Source of the DNA: Planctomycetia bacterium
GTDB lineage: Bacteria > Planctomycetota > PLA2 > JAEUHO01
DNA length: 46,630 bases
Reading direction: 5' to 3'
Assembly: GCA_031401505.1 (NCBI GenBank)
Contig: JANNRO010000063.1
Span: 1 to 46,630 of the forward strand
Part shown: piece after piece, positions 37,957 through 46,620 of the stretch
Numbering within the stretch: position 1 is the stretch's first letter
How the letters are laid out: each line of letters opens with the position of its first letter
Notes under the pieces: model-generated
What the model was told of the DNA's origin: nothing
What the model saw: the letters and a program-made list of their open reading frames with translations, nothing else
Database searches by the model: none
Translations under genes and position numbers: made by a program

Positions 37957-38385
37957 GTGAGCGGTTACTCCGACGTCGTCGTCGCGCTCGATTTCTCGCC
38001 CGCATCGCGGCGCGTGCTCGAGAACGCGCTGCGGGTCGTCGACCCCGCGGGGACGCTTCATCTGGTGCACGTGGTCGAGTGGGTGCCGACGATGGTCGAG
38101 GGGGCGTTCGCGGGCTACACGAATCCTCGCGAGATGCGCACGCTGCATGAGGCGTCGGTCACGAAGCTCGCCGACTACGCGCGCCTGTGCGGAACCGTCC
38201 GCACGACCACCGACGCCGTCGAGGGCAACGCGGCGCTCTCGATTCTCGAGGTGGCCGAGCGGTTCAAAGCCGACCTGCTGGTGATCGGCACGCAGGGCCG
38301 CACGCTCACGTCGCGCCTCCTCGTGGGCCGCGTGATGGAGCGCATCCTGCGTCAGGCGCAGTGCCCCGTCCTCGTCGTCCGCTGA
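37957..38385 (+). CDS. universal stress protein (UspA family)
   Basis: 142 aa. Matching blocks are VVVALDFS, LHLVHV, DLLVIGTQGR and VMERILRQAQCPVLVV. GTG start. Confidence 0.85.
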   Translation: MSGYSDVVVALDFSPASRRVLENALRVVDPAGTLHLVHVVEWVPTMVEGAFAGYTNPREMRTLHEASVTKLADYARLCGTVRTTTDAVEGNAALSILEVAERFKADLLVIGTQGRTLTSRLLVGRVMERILRQAQCPVLVVR

Positions 38386-38396
38386 CGCCACCGCGC

Positions 38397-38439
38397 CAAG
38401 GTTTTCTCGAAAGTGTCAGACACTTCCTGGAAAACCTTG
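38397..38439. repeat. REP-like palindromic element, copy 2 (diverged)
   Basis: Sequence is CAAGGTTTTCTCGAAAGTGTC A GACACTTCCTGGAAAACCTTG. It is the same family as 30-68, with an internal mismatch block. It sits between the convergent usp stop (38385) and the ECF-fusion stop (38446). Confidence 0.85.
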
Positions 38440-38445
38440 CGTGAA

Positions 38446-40863
38446 CTACTTCGGCTTGAGCTCGAGTTCGACGCGGGTCTCGACTCCGCCGTCGAGCACC
38501 TCGATGACGCGGGGCTTTCCGTCGGCGCCCGGCGCCAGCGGCGCCATGCTCACGACGGTGTACGTGCCTGGTGCCATGTACTCGAATTGAAACGTGCCGT
38601 CGTCGGCGATGTTGGTGCAGAGGTCGGTCTGGAACGCCACACCACCGACGAGTTGGAGGCAGAGCTGCCACGCGCTACGGGGGCCCTGCTCGCGCGGGCG
38701 AGGCAGTCGCGTTGCGGAATCGATCACGCGACCTCTCACGCGGCCCGACGGGAGCGTCAGATCCTTCGTCGAGACACCCGGGGCCACGACGACGGGTGCG
38801 TCGAGCAAGACCGAGCGAGTCGGTACTGGAAACTGGACTCGGACGAGATACGTACCCGCGGGGAGCCGGACTGAGTAGGCCCCTTCGGCGTCATAAGACG
38901 TGCTCTCCATCGATTTCGCGTCCGTGCTCGAGAACATCAGGTACCCGGGCCCGGGAACGGTCCCACCGATTCGGCGTACGACACCAGAGAGCACCGGTTC
39001 CGGTGTCGGCGAGCCCAGGTCGCATGGGGCTGGGGTGATGCCGACGACCTCGACGAGACGTTGTCTGGGATCGCTCTTTCCGATCAGGGTGTGAAGTTCG
39101 TACCGCCCCGGGAGGAGGTGGTCGGCACGATAGCGACCGTCCGCATCGGTCGTGGCCACGACGATGTTGTCGGCATACGAGGCGGAGAGCCGAGGACCTC
39201 TCCACATGACGCGAACGGCGGCGCCGACGACCGCACGTCCGTCCCGATCGAAGACCCGGCCCTCGATGATGGAGCGACCCACCACGAGAATGACGCGACG
39301 ACGGGCCCCCGTCGGTGTGGGAGCGAGGAACAGTTCGCGGGGTGACATTCCGGCGGGCGTCACTTCGACTCGAGCCAACTCACCCGCCTCGATTCGTTCG
39401 AAACGAAAGCGTCCGTCGGCGCCGATCGCCGCCGTGCGTCGCTTCGACGCGGTCCCAACGCGTGCCTCCCCTCCCGGGAAGGGAAGATCGCCGAGGAGCA
39501 CGACCCCTTCGAACGTGTCGGCCGCGGTCTCGCCCTGGTAGGCACGAAGCGCGCCCGCCGACGGCGTCTCGTTGCCTGTCGTCGCGTCCGACGCGATGAG
39601 TTGAACCGACGCGAGGATGGCTCGATACGTGGACTCGAGTCCGGCAAACTGGTCCTTCGTCGAAATGGCCAGGAACTCAAGCTCACGACCGTCGCCGAAC
39701 GGTCGATCGAGCTTCACGACGAGACCCTTCAACGCGAGGCGCTGCGGGCCGCTCTTGGGCTCGAGGATGCGGAGCGTGGCCGTTTGATTCGCGATCTGCA
39801 CGCGTTCGGCGGGTGACACGATCGAGTCGGCGAGCAGTCCCTCGTCGTGGGAAGAAACGCTTCGATGGAGTCGGAACGTCGCATGGGGAAAGGGTCGCTC
39901 GGCGGTGGACCAACTGCGCATGTCGGTCGCCGCTGGGTGGCCCTGGCTCTCCCACGCCTCGGGGACGTCGATCCGGATCGACCCGACCGTCCAGCGCTTC
40001 CAACCCGCGGCCGGGCCCGACACCGGAGCGGCGGCGGGATTTTCGTCCGACGCGGGTGCTGCCTTCCCGGGCGCGATCGAGCTTGCTCGAGGGGAGGGTG
40101 CGAGTTCGGGCGGGCGGGCGTCGGATGCGGGTCCCGTTGCGTGATCGGGTGCCGAAGCGACGACGGCCGGCGTCGCGCCCGGTCGCGTCGATGCCTTCCA
40201 CACGACCACGAATCCGATGCACGCGGCGACCAAGGCCCCGGCGACGATACCCACCGTCTTGGTTGTCACGGCGATTCCCCCCAAGGTGGTTGCATCCGTC
40301 GGCCCGGGTCCGCGCCCGGGCTCGAATCCGACCAGCAGCGCGAGCGACGAGCGCCAGCCCTCGACATTTCCCCTCCGGCCCTCGTCAAGGGCCTCGCGGA
40401 GGCGTTCGTGGGCGCGCTTCAACCGACTCTTGACCGTCTCCACCGGAACGCCGAGACGTGTCGCGATCTTCCGGGGAGGCAGTCCCTCGTAGTGCCGAAG
40501 CAGAACGACGACGCGTTGCGGTTCGTCGAGCGCGAGGACCGCCGCCCCCACGGTCCTCAAGATCTGCTCCCTCGCGGCGAACTCCGCGGCGCTCGGTGAT
40601 CGCTCGGGCGCCGCGACCTCGGCTTCGCGACGATTGCGCCGGACGGAGTCGCGAGCGCCCCGGCGAACGACGTTTCGGAGCACCCCCGACAACCATGGTC
40701 GGACCGGCCCCTCACGTCCCGGCGGCCGCGCGATCGCTCGCGCGAGCGTCTCCTGGGTCGCGTCGTCAGCGTCGGCGTCGTGACGCAGCAAGTGATACGC
40801 CAGCGACCGTACGAACCCCGCGTGGGCGACCAGTTCATCGGGGGGGATGCGAGTCGTGTCCAC
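38446..40863 (-). CDS. ECF-type sigma-70 factor fused to a transmembrane helix and a ~580-aa extracytoplasmic region with carboxypeptidase-regulatory-like repeats
   Basis: The N-terminal ~170 aa carry sigma2 (DADDATQETLARA) and sigma4 (LLRHYEGLPPRKIATRLGVPVETVKSRLKRA). A TM helix (IVAGALVAACIGFVVVW) follows. The C-terminal part has repeated GRV.D..GR...GA.V and GTY.V modules. Confidence 0.8.
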   Translation of the reverse strand: MDTTRIPPDELVAHAGFVRSLAYHLLRHDADADDATQETLARAIARPPGREGPVRPWLSGVLRNVVRRGARDSVRRNRREAEVAAPERSPSAAEFAAREQILRTVGAAVLALDEPQRVVVLLRHYEGLPPRKIATRLGVPVETVKSRLKRAHERLREALDEGRRGNVEGWRSSLALLVGFEPGRGPGPTDATTLGGIAVTTKTVGIVAGALVAACIGFVVVWKASTRPGATPAVVASAPDHATGPASDARPPELAPSPRASSIAPGKAAPASDENPAAAPVSGPAAGWKRWTVGSIRIDVPEAWESQGHPAATDMRSWSTAERPFPHATFRLHRSVSSHDEGLLADSIVSPAERVQIANQTATLRILEPKSGPQRLALKGLVVKLDRPFGDGRELEFLAISTKDQFAGLESTYRAILASVQLIASDATTGNETPSAGALRAYQGETAADTFEGVVLLGDLPFPGGEARVGTASKRRTAAIGADGRFRFERIEAGELARVEVTPAGMSPRELFLAPTPTGARRRVILVVGRSIIEGRVFDRDGRAVVGAAVRVMWRGPRLSASYADNIVVATTDADGRYRADHLLPGRYELHTLIGKSDPRQRLVEVVGITPAPCDLGSPTPEPVLSGVVRRIGGTVPGPGYLMFSSTDAKSMESTSYDAEGAYSVRLPAGTYLVRVQFPVPTRSVLLDAPVVVAPGVSTKDLTLPSGRVRGRVIDSATRLPRPREQGPRSAWQLCLQLVGGVAFQTDLCTNIADDGTFQFEYMAPGTYTVVSMAPLAPGADGKPRVIEVLDGGVETRVELELKPK

Positions 40864-40995
40864 TGTGCCCCCCTACCTTCCCACGCACGCCCTTTCGGGT
40901 TCGGTGTGATGCAAAAAGCAGGGCCGAGCACTTGCGTGCCCGGCCCCGTCCCGAACCTCTGTCCCTCGGTCTTCTCGGCCACAGGGCCACGAACC

Positions 40996-41016
40996 TTGCG
41001 GGGAACCACCCCGCAA
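40996..41016 (-). terminator. perfect 8-bp hairpin downstream of the beta-helix gene
   Basis: Sequence is TTGCGGGG AACCA CCCCGCAA, about 85 nt past the stop at 41099. No U-tract. Confidence 0.35.
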
Positions 41017-41098
41017 CCACCCACCACGGTGGAGGAGTCACCGCCCGGAACGTCCCTCGAACCACCAGGTCGAGAAGCCGCCCAGACGGATCTGGAGA

Positions 41099-42466
41099 TC
41101 AGTCGATGCGATTGGCCTCGAGCGTCGTGCCGGTGCCGGCGTCCTCGAAACCACGACCACCGCACTGGAGAATCAAATTCGATGAGACCCGATTGTTGGC
41201 GCCCGCGATGATGCGGATGCCGGCCGCCCCGGTCCCGATCAACTGGTTTCCCTGGAGCGTGTTCGCGTCGCCATCGATGAGCAGGCCCTCGAGGCGCGCG
41301 TCGTCGGTGCGATTCCCGACGATCACGTTGTGCGAACCTCGGACGTCGACGCCCGCGCCCGATGCCCCGGGGCAATCGTTCATCGCGATCACGCAGCCGG
41401 CGCCGATCACGCGCACCGCGGTCAGGGCGGACGACGCGATCTGATTGGCCTCGACCGTGTTGCCGTCACCCTCGAGGCGCACGCCCTCGGCGCCCGAGCG
41501 GTTGATCGTGTTGTCGGTGACGCGCAGCGACGTGCCGTGACCGACGACGCCCGCGCCCTTAGAACCCGTGATCACGTTGCCCTCGACGATGTGCCAGGAG
41601 CCCGCGAGCCGGACCGCGTCGGATGCGGTGACGTCGGTGCGATTGCCTTCGATCGTCGCGAAGATCGAGCCCTGGTCGGCGATCGCGAGCGTCGAGCAGG
41701 CACGAACGTCGCAGCGCGAGAGCGTCGACGAGTCGCTTCCCGCGACGAAGCGAGCCACGACCGCGACGTTGCGCATCGTCGCGCGGAACGCGCGGCAGCG
41801 CAGCCCCGCGAACCGCACGCCCTCGGGGGCGGAGTCGAACGAGGCGTCGGTCAACTCGATGTCCTCTCCCGCGAGCCGTGCCGACGTGCCGCCGTTACCG
41901 CGGAAGCCGAGTCCCGTCAGCCGCGCGCGCGTAGCCGTGAGGTCGAGCCCGCCGCCGACGTTGCCATCGAAGGTCACGCGATCGAGCGAAACATCGGCCG
42001 AGAGGGCGATGCGCACACCCACGTTCGTCGAGGTTGCGATCGCCATGCGGCGCAGCGCGAGCCGGTCGTTGCCGCCACGAGCCGCGACGCCGTCGGTCGC
42101 GCCGACGATGCCGACGCCCTCGATCGCGACGTCGGTCACACCCGCCAGGATCTCGATGGCCGGACGGCCGAGCGTCGTCGCGTCGAACGTGGTCCCCGCG
42201 GGAGAAGCGACGAGCGTCATCGGGCGATCGATCACGACCGCGGTCCGAAACGCGCCGAGCGGCAAGTGCGCGATGCCACCGGTGGGTGTCGTCCGAATCA
42301 GTTGCTGAATCGCCTCGTCCGACTTGACGCCCGGACTTCCGAAGAGCGAGAACGTCGGAGCGCGGACGCCGCCGCGGGTCCGACGACGTGCACCGGCCTC
42401 GGCGATCGAGGGGATGGCGACGACGGCGAGCGACAGCGCGAGGAAGCGGACGACGGACGGGCGCAC
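41099..42466 (-). CDS. secreted right-handed parallel beta-helix repeat protein (pectate-lyase/NosD-like fold)
   Basis: The signal peptide is VRPSVVRFLALSLAVVAIPSIAEA (GTG start). The protein has ~20-25-aa repeats with N/G..I/V..N patterns, for example GNRTD...IDGDANTLQGNQLIG...GIRIIAGANNRVSSN. Confidence 0.75.
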   Translation of the reverse strand: MRPSVVRFLALSLAVVAIPSIAEAGARRRTRGGVRAPTFSLFGSPGVKSDEAIQQLIRTTPTGGIAHLPLGAFRTAVVIDRPMTLVASPAGTTFDATTLGRPAIEILAGVTDVAIEGVGIVGATDGVAARGGNDRLALRRMAIATSTNVGVRIALSADVSLDRVTFDGNVGGGLDLTATRARLTGLGFRGNGGTSARLAGEDIELTDASFDSAPEGVRFAGLRCRAFRATMRNVAVVARFVAGSDSSTLSRCDVRACSTLAIADQGSIFATIEGNRTDVTASDAVRLAGSWHIVEGNVITGSKGAGVVGHGTSLRVTDNTINRSGAEGVRLEGDGNTVEANQIASSALTAVRVIGAGCVIAMNDCPGASGAGVDVRGSHNVIVGNRTDDARLEGLLIDGDANTLQGNQLIGTGAAGIRIIAGANNRVSSNLILQCGGRGFEDAGTGTTLEANRID

Positions 42467-42647
42467 GATGAACTCCGGGAGGCGCTTGACGGCGGGGATC
42501 CGCGGTCGTTGCGTGCCTCCCCTTTCACACTCGCCGTGCCGGTTCCGGGCCGAGCCGACGCAAGTCGTTGTGGATCAACGAGCTGCGCCGAATTCGCCGC
42601 TTCGACCGCATCGGGGGTACGTCCATTTTCCGAAACGCACAGCCCGC

Positions 42648-42676
42648 GTCAATCCCCTAGGGAACCTAGGATTGAC
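42648..42676. repeat. low-GC inverted repeat GTCAATCC(CC)TAGG-GAA-CCTAGGATTGAC
   Basis: 12-bp arms with a 2-nt bulge. It lies 7 nt past the TAA stop of the small ORF and ~180 nt upstream of the beta-helix gene start. Confidence 0.6.
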
Positions 42677-42682
42677 AAAGAC

Positions 42683-43051
42683 TTACGCTGCTTTCGGACT
42701 CGGGGGGGCGGCGGGGGCCGAGGGTTCGTCGGTGTCCATCGACATGGACGCCTTGTGGCGCAAGGGAAGGACACGGGGCCCGAGCCGCCGTCGGACCCTC
42801 TCCTCGAACTCGGTCCAGGCGAACGAAGGGGCGGGGTTCGCCCGGTCGTAGTCCCGGCGGACGAACGCGAGAAGCAGATCGAGTCGCTGCCGCGAGATTG
42901 CGGGAGCGCAACGAGGCCGGGCAAGCGCCGCCGAGGTCCTGGGAAGGATCGGGGCCCGATCGAGACCAACGGACAGCGCCTGCCCGAGCCAAGAGAGGAG
43001 GCACGACAGCGCGATTGCCGAGCGATCGAGCGGACGGGTGTGGTGAACCAT
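42683..43051 (-). CDS. hypothetical 122-aa protein
   Basis: GGAGG sits 6 nt upstream of ATG 43051. Third codon positions are GC-rich. It carries the only TAA stop among the CDSs called in the window. Competing overlapping ORFs in other frames lack an SD. No family recognised. Confidence 0.45.
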   Translation of the reverse strand: MVHHTRPLDRSAIALSCLLSWLGQALSVGLDRAPILPRTSAALARPRCAPAISRQRLDLLLAFVRRDYDRANPAPSFAWTEFEERVRRRLGPRVLPLRHKASMSMDTDEPSAPAAPPSPKAA

Positions 43052-43073
43052 GTCGAGCCTCCACCCCCGTAGC

Positions 43074-43088
43074 GCATGGCCCGTGCCC
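43074..43088 (-). promoter_or_regulatory. candidate sigma-54 (-24/-12) promoter
   Basis: The minus strand reads GGGCACGGGCCATGC, that is GGCAC-N6-ATGC with canonical GG-N10-GC spacing. It lies 22 nt upstream of ATG 43051. The predicted TSS falls on the SD, which weakens the call. Confidence 0.3.
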
Positions 43089-43154
43089 GAGTCGCCATTG
43101 TGGGGAAATCAACGCAGTTCGCGGCGAGTCATCGAGTTATGACTGCCCACCGAA

Positions 43155-43171
43155 TGTGGATATGTGGACAA
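43155..43171. repeat. tandem TGTGGA repeat (TGTGGATA TGTGGACA) in a low-GC patch
   Basis: TGTGGATAT and TGTGGACAA are each 8/9 to the DnaA-box complement TGTGGATAA. They lie ~70-95 nt upstream (minus-strand sense) of the candidate -24/-12 element. Confidence 0.5.
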
Positions 43172-43272
43172 CTCGGAAAACCGGGACCCACGACGGCCAA
43201 TCCCGACGAATTGCGACGCCGATCGACGAACGGGACCTTCGTCCGACCGCCCCGTGGATTCCCGCGCCAGCG

Positions 43273-46200
43273 TCAGCTCGCGGCGGGACCGCTTCGGTAG
43301 CGACGTGCGCGCGCTTCACCGGCCGAGCGAACTCGGCCCGTCGAGAGGAGATCGGACAGATCGCGGTTGACCGTACGGGCCGAGACACCGAGTTGGTCGG
43401 CGAGCTCTCCGGCGGAGATCCAGCGACCATCGGTCGCGCGGACGAGCGCATCGAGGCGGGGGGCGGCGATCGACGCCACGGGCGGCGGCGGTGCGATGTC
43501 GCCGCCACGGCGATGTCGGCGGCGTTGCGCGACGACGGCTTCGACCATGCGCGGGCCGATCTCGCCGCCCTCGGCGAAGACCGCCGACGCGCGGATCACG
43601 TTGTCGAGTTCGCGCACGTTGCCGGGCCAGTCGTGGGCCAGGAGCGCGGTGACGGCGTCGGGGTGAAGGCGAGCCTTTTCGGGCATACGGGCGGCAAGGT
43701 ATGCGGCAAGGAGGGGAATGTCCTCGCGGCGCTCACGTAGCGGTGGGAGATCGATGCGGACGACGCAGATGCGGTGGTAGAGGTCCTCGCGGAACCGACC
43801 GGCCGCGACTTCGAGGTCGAGGTCGCGCGAGCAGGCGGCGACGATGCGGACGTCCACGGCCCGGCTCTCCGAGGAGCCGAGCGGACGGACCGATTTGTCC
43901 TCGATGACGCGGAGCAGCGCGACTTGGAGCTCGACCGGCATGTCGGCGACTTCGTCGAGGAACAGCGTTCCTCGGTGGGCCTGCACGAACACGCCGTCTC
44001 GGGAGCGATCGGCGCCCGTAAACGCGCCGCGCACGTGACCGAACAGTTCGGAGCTCAGCAGACTCGGCGTCAACGCCCCGCAATTGACGGCCAAGAGCCG
44101 TCCGCGGTGCCGAAGGGAAGCGGCGTGGAGTGCCCCAACGACCATTTCCTTTCCCGTCCCGGTCTCGCCGACGAACAGGACGTTGACGGTCGTCTCGGCA
44201 ACTCGAGCGATCTGCGAGAGCACATCGCGCCAAACCTGGCTCTCGCCGACGAGGCCTTCGCCCGGGAGGCGCGCGGGCACGCGCCGGGACACGATGGATG
44301 CGAACGGGGAACGTGAAGGGGCGCCAGCGAGGGCGTCGGGTGCCTGCAGGTGGGGGATCGGAAGGGGGTCGGGGGAGGGCAGGGGGGACTTCTTCGCCTC
44401 CTCGATCGACGCGAGTCGTGCCGCGAGGAAGCGCAGCACGGTCCGAACGGCCTCGACCTCGCGCGAGGACAGCGGAACACGCTTGGCGATGCAGATGACT
44501 CCGTCGCCGAACGGGACCGCGAGAATTCCGCCGGGACGACGTTGCTCGGGCCGCCAGAACTCGGGACGTGCGCGGACCCTGATCGTGCGGAACTCGCGCA
44601 GCTTCCCGAGTCGTCGAATGCTCCACGTCGAAAGAGTGTGCTCCGCCTGAGGGCGCACGGACAGCCACTTCCTCCCTCGCTTGTGGAGAAGAACCCATCC
44701 ACCGACGAGTGCTGCCAACTCGCGGCCGACGCGGCGCTCGAACTGACTTGTGGCCGACGACCGTCCGAGGGTCACGAGCGCGTCGAGGGCGGAGATGGCG
44801 CGATCGGGCCGCGGGGTGCGTCGGACTCGCAGGCCCGCTGCGACCTCTGCGAGCGACGTGACGGGATCGCGGGTGGTGCGGGCCTTCGGATCGAGGGTGG
44901 CGAGGGCCTTGGCACAGCTCTTCGGGAACTCGGTGACGACGTCCGGCAGCGGCCCATCCCCCCGACGCCTGAGCCATCGCATCATGCCCCGGTACGCCGC
45001 GACGGCCCTGTCGAGGTCGAGCACGGCCTCGGCCGGGCGCCCGATGCGCAGCCACCCGTCAGCGAGGATTTGGTTGAAGACGAGCAACCGGGGCCAGGCC
45101 CGCTCACGCAGCAAGAGTGCTTGCTGAATTGTCAAAGCCTCGGCCAGATTGGAGGAATCCATCAGCGATACCGCAACCGCTTGGTCTTGGCGCGCGCGCA
45201 AGTGCTCAAGCGAAGTGTCTAACGCGAAGTGCGCTCGAGAGTTGGGGTCACGATGTGCTCGCCAGAGATCCAAGAATGCGCTATGGCTACCGAAGTACTC
45301 TCTATGATAGGTGAGAACGCTCGGCACATTGATGATTCCTCGCGAGTCGGCCCGTGCGCTATCCACCTGCAGGTACGACACCACCCGTCTGATATGGAAA
45401 ATCGCAAACGTGATCGGAAAACCTTGCCGCTGACATGCCGCATCCGCCAGTGGAGTGAACACCAAACGAGTCAGTTCCGCGAAGCGGTTCTCTCGATACA
45501 GGGCCAGAATGCGCCGGGTCACTAGGGCGTCTCGGCTCAACGATCGTGGCGATGCATCAGCTAGAAACTTGAATTGGACATCCGACGTGCTGCTGGTGTC
45601 CAAGAGGTGTATGCGCGCAATAGAGGCCATTGCTGTCGGTCCACCCAGACGGACGGCCGACGAAACCAATCGAGCGGCCACGCTCGAACTCATGTCCCCA
45701 CGAGGCGCGAGGCATGTTGTCACCCGAAGTGCCCAGTCTGACGCCCCAAGACTGTCGCCACGCAGCGCACTCCCTCGAAGCGCACGCATGGCGATCATGG
45801 CGCGATCGCCGCCGGTTCTCGCCCGATTGCAAATCGAGTGAAATAGTCTCACCTGGTACCGCCACGATGGGCTCACTTGGCGTTCCCAAGGTCCTCCTAT
45901 CCGGAGTAGTGCAGCAAACGACGAGTGATCGTGATTGCAAACCGCTGCGAGAAAGACGCGCACGAGCGGACTTATGACGCGCCGCCACGCGTCGACTCCA
46001 CACTCCGCTGTCGTTGCCCGCCGATGAACCGAAACGGGACGAAATTGGGGGCGACTGCGACTTTGGCCAATGAAGAGAATCAGCGCCGCCAGCGCCGGAC
46101 GAGACTCTTGAATTCGAGCTGCCGCCTTCGCGAGAACAGCGGCAAAGGCGGATGGGTGCGAACTACACATTCGAGCGCAGCGCGTCAACTTGGCCAAAAC

Positions 46201-46620
46201 CGCCGACGCAGTCGACGTGCCCGCACGTCGATCGCAGATACCCTGCAATCGCCCGAGTGCGCCCAACAGGTTGCCGCGCTCCAGCAGATCGCCAAAGCGA
46301 GTTGGGCGCTTAGTAATCAGGCGTCGCCGAACTAGTGCACCCTCTCTGACGCTCGCAGCGCCCAAGACCGCGCGGGCTAGGTGGCCGAGCGCGATGTCGT
46401 CTGGTGATCCGATTACTCGAATCCGTCCAGTCAGTTTGGATCGCTCCGTAGATAGCCAGATATCGGCAGCAAGTGCTACCCAAGCGTGGCCGTCTGGGGG
46501 TTGAGTTACCGCCAAGTTGTCTCGGATCTGCCGGTGAGCCCCGCGCATCCAGAACGTTCGTTCGCGCGGTGTTAGGCGACCGACGCGCTCGCCGCTACCA
46601 ATGGTGCTCTGATCAATCAA
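43273..46620 (-). CDS. sigma-54-dependent transcriptional activator (bacterial enhancer-binding protein) with a large uncharacterised N-terminal region
   Basis: AAA+ sigma-54 interaction domain has GETGTGKE, the GAFTGA loop (RGAFTGADR), FLDEV and PLRERREDIPLL. The C-terminal HTH is ISAGELADQLGVSARTVNRDLSDL. The ~700-aa N-terminal region is unassigned. The ORF reaches the window edge with no upstream stop seen, so the 5' end may be incomplete. Confidence 0.9.
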   Translation of the reverse strand: MIDQSTIGSGERVGRLTPRERTFWMRGAHRQIRDNLAVTQPPDGHAWVALAADIWLSTERSKLTGRIRVIGSPDDIALGHLARAVLGAASVREGALVRRRLITKRPTRFGDLLERGNLLGALGRLQGICDRRAGTSTASAVLAKLTRCARMCSSHPSAFAAVLAKAAARIQESRPALAALILFIGQSRSRPQFRPVSVHRRATTAECGVDAWRRVISPLVRVFLAAVCNHDHSSFAALLRIGGPWERQVSPSWRYQVRLFHSICNRARTGGDRAMIAMRALRGSALRGDSLGASDWALRVTTCLAPRGDMSSSVAARLVSSAVRLGGPTAMASIARIHLLDTSSTSDVQFKFLADASPRSLSRDALVTRRILALYRENRFAELTRLVFTPLADAACQRQGFPITFAIFHIRRVVSYLQVDSARADSRGIINVPSVLTYHREYFGSHSAFLDLWRAHRDPNSRAHFALDTSLEHLRARQDQAVAVSLMDSSNLAEALTIQQALLLRERAWPRLLVFNQILADGWLRIGRPAEAVLDLDRAVAAYRGMMRWLRRRGDGPLPDVVTEFPKSCAKALATLDPKARTTRDPVTSLAEVAAGLRVRRTPRPDRAISALDALVTLGRSSATSQFERRVGRELAALVGGWVLLHKRGRKWLSVRPQAEHTLSTWSIRRLGKLREFRTIRVRARPEFWRPEQRRPGGILAVPFGDGVICIAKRVPLSSREVEAVRTVLRFLAARLASIEEAKKSPLPSPDPLPIPHLQAPDALAGAPSRSPFASIVSRRVPARLPGEGLVGESQVWRDVLSQIARVAETTVNVLFVGETGTGKEMVVGALHAASLRHRGRLLAVNCGALTPSLLSSELFGHVRGAFTGADRSRDGVFVQAHRGTLFLDEVADMPVELQVALLRVIEDKSVRPLGSSESRAVDVRIVAACSRDLDLEVAAGRFREDLYHRICVVRIDLPPLRERREDIPLLAAYLAARMPEKARLHPDAVTALLAHDWPGNVRELDNVIRASAVFAEGGEIGPRMVEAVVAQRRRHRRGGDIAPPPPVASIAAPRLDALVRATDGRWISAGELADQLGVSARTVNRDLSDLLSTGRVRSAGEARARRYRSGPAAS

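Noticed and set aside
40908-40941. Sigma-54-like matches upstream of the ECF-fusion gene (GGGCACGCAAGTGCT and TCGGCCCTGCTTTTTGCAT on the minus strand).
   Set aside because: In both cases the GG-to-GC spacing is off by one nucleotide, and sigma-54 promoters do not tolerate that.
42527-42541. A second sigma-54-like element (CGGCACGGCGAGTGT) upstream of the beta-helix gene.
   Set aside because: The -24 GGCACG is good, but the invariant GC of the -12 element is GT. I kept it only as a remark under the inverted-repeat finding.
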